From Candidatus Woesebacteria bacterium (GTDB lineage: Bacteria > Patescibacteriota > Microgenomatia > UBA8517), in contig CP065002.1 of the NCBI GenBank assembly GCA_016700095.1, forward strand, positions 112,463-176,462: 64,000 nt of DNA, written 5' to 3'. This document shows positions 60,010-64,000 of this stretch, in pieces (positions within the stretch are counted from its first letter, which is position 1; each line of letters starts with the position of its first letter). The position numbers and the translations under genes are program-made. The notes beneath the pieces were generated by a model. It ran no database searches. It saw nothing but the letters and a program-made list of their open reading frames with translations, and had not been told where the DNA came from.

Positions 60010-61000
60010 TATGGAAGAAACAAAGTATGATTTATTATCAGTTGGAGACGTCGCGCTAGATACGTATTTAGTGCCTCAAGAAAGTGACACTTTATGCATG
60101 GTTGACAGCAAAGAATCACTGATATGTTTTTCGTATGGAGATAAAATACCTGTGAAGTCACTTAGTATTTCCGTCGGAGGTAATGCGGGCAACAATGCCG
60201 TCGGGGTTTCTCGTCTCGGTTTAAAGGTCGGTTTAGTGTCAACACTTGGCGGAGATAGTATTGGCAACCAGATTCTTGAGAAATTAAACAAAGAAGGCGT
60301 TGATCTGACGTATACGATTAGGCAAGAAAATGCTTTGACCAATTCGTCAACAATTCTCAGTTATCAAGGCGAAAGAACGATTTTTACTTACCATGCACCA
60401 AGAAGCTATGAGTTTCCGGTAACGTTGCCGCAAGTTGGCTGGGTTTATCTCACGTCGATGGGCGAGAGTTTCAGACCATTTTATAATCATTTTTTGGATT
60501 ATCTGAAAACAAAGCCGGATACTAAATTGGCTTTTAATCCCGGAAGTAGACAGCTTCGCGCATTAAGCGACATTACTGAAGCGATTAAGCTTACACATAT
60601 GATATATGTCAACAAACAGGAAGCGCAAAAAATTACAGGGTACGAAGAAAACGATATCAAGGAACTATTAATAAGACTTAATAGTCTTGGGCCAAAAATT
60701 GTCGTTATTACGGCAGGATCCGATGGATCTTATGTGTATGATGGAAATATATTTTTGAAATCCGGTGTACTACCTGTTGATGCATATGAAAGGACGGGGG
60801 CGGGCGATGCTTTTGGCAGTGGATGTATTTCGGCAATAATAAAGGGTAAGACTTTGGAAGAAGCTTTGCTTTGGGGGACAGTCAATAGTGCAAGTGTCAT
60901 TGGCTACATTGGACCACAACAAGGACTTCTTCGGGAAGAAGATATACCTCTTTGGATGGAGAGAGCAAAAAGCAGTGGAGTAAGGGTGGAGGAGTTCTAA
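59993..61000 (+). CDS. PfkB-family carbohydrate kinase, tandem paralog
   Basis: GGNAGNNA and TGAGDAFGSG motifs; overlaps the upstream gene by 17 nt. Confidence 0.8.
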   Translation: MLHNSSMEETKYDLLSVGDVALDTYLVPQESDTLCMVDSKESLICFSYGDKIPVKSLSISVGGNAGNNAVGVSRLGLKVGLVSTLGGDSIGNQILEKLNKEGVDLTYTIRQENALTNSSTILSYQGERTIFTYHAPRSYEFPVTLPQVGWVYLTSMGESFRPFYNHFLDYLKTKPDTKLAFNPGSRQLRALSDITEAIKLTHMIYVNKQEAQKITGYEENDIKELLIRLNSLGPKIVVITAGSDGSYVYDGNIFLKSGVLPVDAYERTGAGDAFGSGCISAIIKGKTLEEALLWGTVNSASVIGYIGPQQGLLREEDIPLWMERAKSSGVRVEEF

Positions 61001-61033
61001 CGGTTTGTAATGTTTAGAGTTAAATAGACTAAA

Positions 61034-62032
61034 TCAAATTCGTTCTCTTGGCCACTGAAAGACGAAAAACCGACTTCTTTTGTGACCAACTTCGTCTATT
61101 CTAGCTTCGTTTTTCAGTAAGTCGGCTTTTACTAAAACGCTTGGCCCCTTGATTGTTTGTGCTCCATTATCGACATCTTGTAACATTGCCGAAAATCCTC
61201 CTCCAATATCTAAACCGGCGATATGCCATGATGCATATCCTTTCTTTTCTCTTATTTCATCGAGTGCTTTCAGACCACCTTTGATACCTTGTATACCTGC
61301 TTGATTTTTACTTTCAATTACAAAATATCTTTTTTGATTATTCATGTCTAAAAAGTATCCCATAGCGTTCCAATCATTTTTTAATTCACGGAAATTGTCA
61401 GAATCAGCCAAATTCGCCCAATTCTTGTTATTTGCAACAAACATCGTTTGCTCTGCGTTCTTACCGTCATTAATTTGTTGTTTGAGTTCATCTAATGGCA
61501 AAATGTTGAATCCACCATTAACCATGGAGAAGCCACCTGCAAAGTTTTCCAGTCCTTTGGTTGGGGGAGAAAAGTCTTTAATTAATTTTCCGTCCCTTGC
61601 AAGACCCAAGTAAGGCGTTTCTTCTGGTGACGATATGTCTGCGACTGTGGGATTAAGTATTAGATGGTAGTTTGTTCTGTCTTCTTTTTTTAGTTCATGT
61701 GCTTTACTGTAGGCAAAACACTTTTGTCCGGATACTTCTCTGAAAGTAGCATCCGTGGGGACAATTGAAACGCCTAAGCAAAATATTAATTCATTCGTGC
61801 TAAAGTGATATGATTCCATACCCGATTGGTCATCGTCGATATATGAAAGGTGTATTTTGCTATCAAGATTTGCTTCTGTTTTAATCCTGCTTTTAGTTAA
61901 TCTGATAAATTTAGTAAGCATAGCCTTTCTTCTTTCTGGTTCATTAACAAATTCACGCACCCGTCTTTTCCAGGCGTTTGCGTCTGCACCGATTGTTTGT
62001 TTTGGTGACACAGGCTCAGAAGATTCTTCCAT
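61034..62032 (-). CDS. Phosphodiester-glycosidase (NAGPA-like, DUF2233) family protein, tentative
   Basis: GGFSMVNGGFN and AGLDIGGGFSAM (LDGGGS-like) motifs. Confidence 0.4.
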   Translation of the reverse strand: MEESSEPVSPKQTIGADANAWKRRVREFVNEPERRKAMLTKFIRLTKSRIKTEANLDSKIHLSYIDDDQSGMESYHFSTNELIFCLGVSIVPTDATFREVSGQKCFAYSKAHELKKEDRTNYHLILNPTVADISSPEETPYLGLARDGKLIKDFSPPTKGLENFAGGFSMVNGGFNILPLDELKQQINDGKNAEQTMFVANNKNWANLADSDNFRELKNDWNAMGYFLDMNNQKRYFVIESKNQAGIQGIKGGLKALDEIREKKGYASWHIAGLDIGGGFSAMLQDVDNGAQTIKGPSVLVKADLLKNEARIDEVGHKRSRFFVFQWPRERI

Positions 62033-62143
62033 GTGTCATTCTAACATTAGAATATTATCTTTTACATTAGAATACAGAGGGACGTCCCTGTGTGAAAATT
62101 ATCTATCTTTTGAAAATCTTCATAAGTATGCTACATTTATTTT

Positions 62144-63133
62144 ATGGCTAAAGTTTTTGTATCCCGCAAACTTCCCGGAAATGCACTTGATCCTCTTTTT
62201 AATTCCGGACACGAAATTGTAGTTTCCGAATACGACCGACCGTTGACAGCGGAAGAATTTTTGGAACGCGCAAAAGGCAGTGATGCAGTACTTTCATTTC
62301 TGACGGACAAAATTGACAAGGACGTAATTGATGCGATTGGGCCGCAAGTGAAGATATTTTCTAATTATGCAGTAGGATTTAACAACATCGTGGTCGAAGA
62401 CGCGACCGAAAAAGGTGTGGTAATAGCAAATACTCCAAGCGATGAAGTTAATGAAAGTGTGGCTGAATTTGCTTGGGCGCTAATGATGTCCCTTTCCAAA
62501 AGAGTCGTTGAAGCCGATGAATCAACCAGACGGGGTGCTTACAAAGGATGGGAACCGGGGATTTTTTTGGGACAAAACATGATGGGTAAAACTTTGGGAA
62601 TAGTTGGTATGGGAAGAATTGGCGGCATGACGGCGCGCAGAGCAAAGGGGTGGAACATGCGAATTCTTTACTTCAACCGCTCGCGTGACGAGAAGGCGGA
62701 AAAAGAACTTGGAGTTGAATATGCAAGTCTTGATGATTTGCTTTCGCAAAGCGATTTTGTAACGCTACATGTACCACTGACTAACGAAACGAGAAGCTTA
62801 ATGAACAAAGATACTTTTGCAAAAATGAAAAAGGGTGCATTACTTGTCAATACCTCACGTGGGCCGATAGTGAACGAACAGGATTTGGTTAATGCAATAC
62901 GAGAAGGACAGGTTGGGGGAGCAGGACTGGACGTATTTGAAAACGAGCCAACTATTAACCCGGAGTTAATAGGTATGGAAAATGTGATTTTAACACCCCA
63001 TATTGCGAGTGCGACCTGGGAAGCGCGCAATAAAATGGGTGAGCAGGCTGTTAATTCGATTATCTCGGTTCTTGCCGGTAGTAAACCGGACACCATTGTT
63101 AATCCGGAGGTCTGGGAGAAAAGACGCGTGTAA
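62144..63133 (+). CDS. D-isomer-specific 2-hydroxyacid dehydrogenase (GyaR/SerA-like)
   Basis: GIVGMGRIGG NAD-binding motif, catalytic R...E...H region. Confidence 0.85.
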   Translation: MAKVFVSRKLPGNALDPLFNSGHEIVVSEYDRPLTAEEFLERAKGSDAVLSFLTDKIDKDVIDAIGPQVKIFSNYAVGFNNIVVEDATEKGVVIANTPSDEVNESVAEFAWALMMSLSKRVVEADESTRRGAYKGWEPGIFLGQNMMGKTLGIVGMGRIGGMTARRAKGWNMRILYFNRSRDEKAEKELGVEYASLDDLLSQSDFVTLHVPLTNETRSLMNKDTFAKMKKGALLVNTSRGPIVNEQDLVNAIREGQVGGAGLDVFENEPTINPELIGMENVILTPHIASATWEARNKMGEQAVNSIISVLAGSKPDTIVNPEVWEKRRV

Positions 63134-63203
63134 CGCATTTAACTTCACTTTGCATATTAAAGATAAATCTTACGCATATATGTTTTAAATAGTAGAATGT
63201 CTT

Positions 63204-64000
63204 ATGGGAATAATTCCGTTTGGTAGTAAAAAGGCAAAACCGGAAGAGGAGGTAGACGATGAAATCGAGGAAAAACCGAGAAGAAAAAAACGTTCACCCG
63301 ATGAACCGAAAAAGAAAATACCACCTAAACCTTGGGGTAAGAAAGAAAGGATTGTGCTTTTAATTATTCTTTTGGTTACCGCAGGGTCGTCCGGTGTACT
63401 TGCGATGTCGGCCAGAGAATTCAAGTTGCCAGGATTGCCGCGGATTATCCTTCCGGACGTATCAAAATTTAATCAACCGCTTTCTTTCGTCGGCGATGAG
63501 ACTATTGTAATAGAAGGCAACAGCAGTAATAAAATCATTTCCGAGGAAATAATAAAACACTTCAACATTATGACCAATGACTTGTCGGGAGTTTATGGAT
63601 TTTACATTATTCACACCGAGGATAATTATTCCTTTGGAGTTAATGTACAGGAGAAATTTGAACCGGCATCGTTAAACAAACTTGCGGTAATTCTTACCGC
63701 CTATAGTCAATACGAAAAAGGTGACTTTGATATTGACGAGGATTATGTACTCAAAGCTAGTGATAAGATCGGTGGATCGGGATCATTGTCTACAATGCCA
63801 AACGGCACTGTTCTGACTTATAGAGAGCTACTAACTAAGATGGGAAAAGCCTCCGATAATACAGCATTTAACGTAGTTAGACGTACTCTCGGAGATGCAA
63901 TTATTGCCGAAACAACAAGGGTTGCTGGTATGAACAGTACATCTTTAGATGAGAATGCAACTACAGTAAAAGACATCGGACAGTTTTTTATATCTTTATA
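63204..64000 (+). CDS. Beta-lactamase-class serine hydrolase / D-Ala-D-Ala carboxypeptidase-like, 3' end beyond the window
   Basis: N-terminal TM; SLNK (SxxK) and SDN motifs. Confidence 0.55.
   Translation, partial: MGIIPFGSKKAKPEEEVDDEIEEKPRRKKRSPDEPKKKIPPKPWGKKERIVLLIILLVTAGSSGVLAMSAREFKLPGLPRIILPDVSKFNQPLSFVGDETIVIEGNSSNKIISEEIIKHFNIMTNDLSGVYGFYIIHTEDNYSFGVNVQEKFEPASLNKLAVILTAYSQYEKGDFDIDEDYVLKASDKIGGSGSLSTMPNGTVLTYRELLTKMGKASDNTAFNVVRRTLGDAIIAETTRVAGMNSTSLDENATTVKDIGQFFISL

Overview
This is low-GC, compact bacterial DNA on genetic code 11 (TGA is used as a stop, e.g. at the end of dnaG). Gene content and small protein sizes look like a Candidate Phyla Radiation / Patescibacteria-type genome, but that taxonomic call is inference. 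Core genes present: smpB next to a partial tmRNA, comF, the dnaG-rpoD pair, tgt, an MgtE pair, an ABC transporter, a two-component system, an LCP protein, two Amidase_3 loci (one intact, one degraded), and a glycolysis / pentose-phosphate block (tpi, rpiB, pgk, gap, rpe, split transketolase, two PfkB kinases). I find six tRNA-like genes: tRNA-Ser(GGA), tRNA-Ser(GCT), tRNA-Arg(GCG), tRNA-Ser(CGA), tRNA-Asn(GTT), plus the tmRNA. The most unusual structure is at 3.7-5.5 kb. Two paralogous tRNA-Ser genes are each flanked on both sides by tandem arrays of repeats built from their own termini: a 54-nt period carrying the first 13 nt of the tRNA on the 5' side, and ~100-nt units carrying the last 18 nt of the tRNA plus a terminator hairpin on the 3' side. 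A degenerate NUDIX gene sits between the two arrays. A second accessory feature is an exact 80-bp direct repeat that begins inside the 3' end of tRNA-Asn and recurs 1.9 kb downstream, bracketing a THUMP-domain RNA methyltransferase and a P-loop kinase; it looks like an att-type scar of an integrated islet. Other anomalies: an 82%-identical duplicate of the gap 5' end (with TGG changed to TGA) separated from the real gap by an inserted membrane-protein gene; a +1 frameshifted yjjX-like NTPase gene; an amidase remnant beside a GC-richer orphan gene; a four-helix-bundle gene between the two transketolase halves; and a 659-aa orphan protein next to a VirB2-like small membrane protein. Nothing here can be tied confidently to a known defence system. 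The tRNA-linked repeat arrays and the tRNA-Asn islet are the best candidates for something new.
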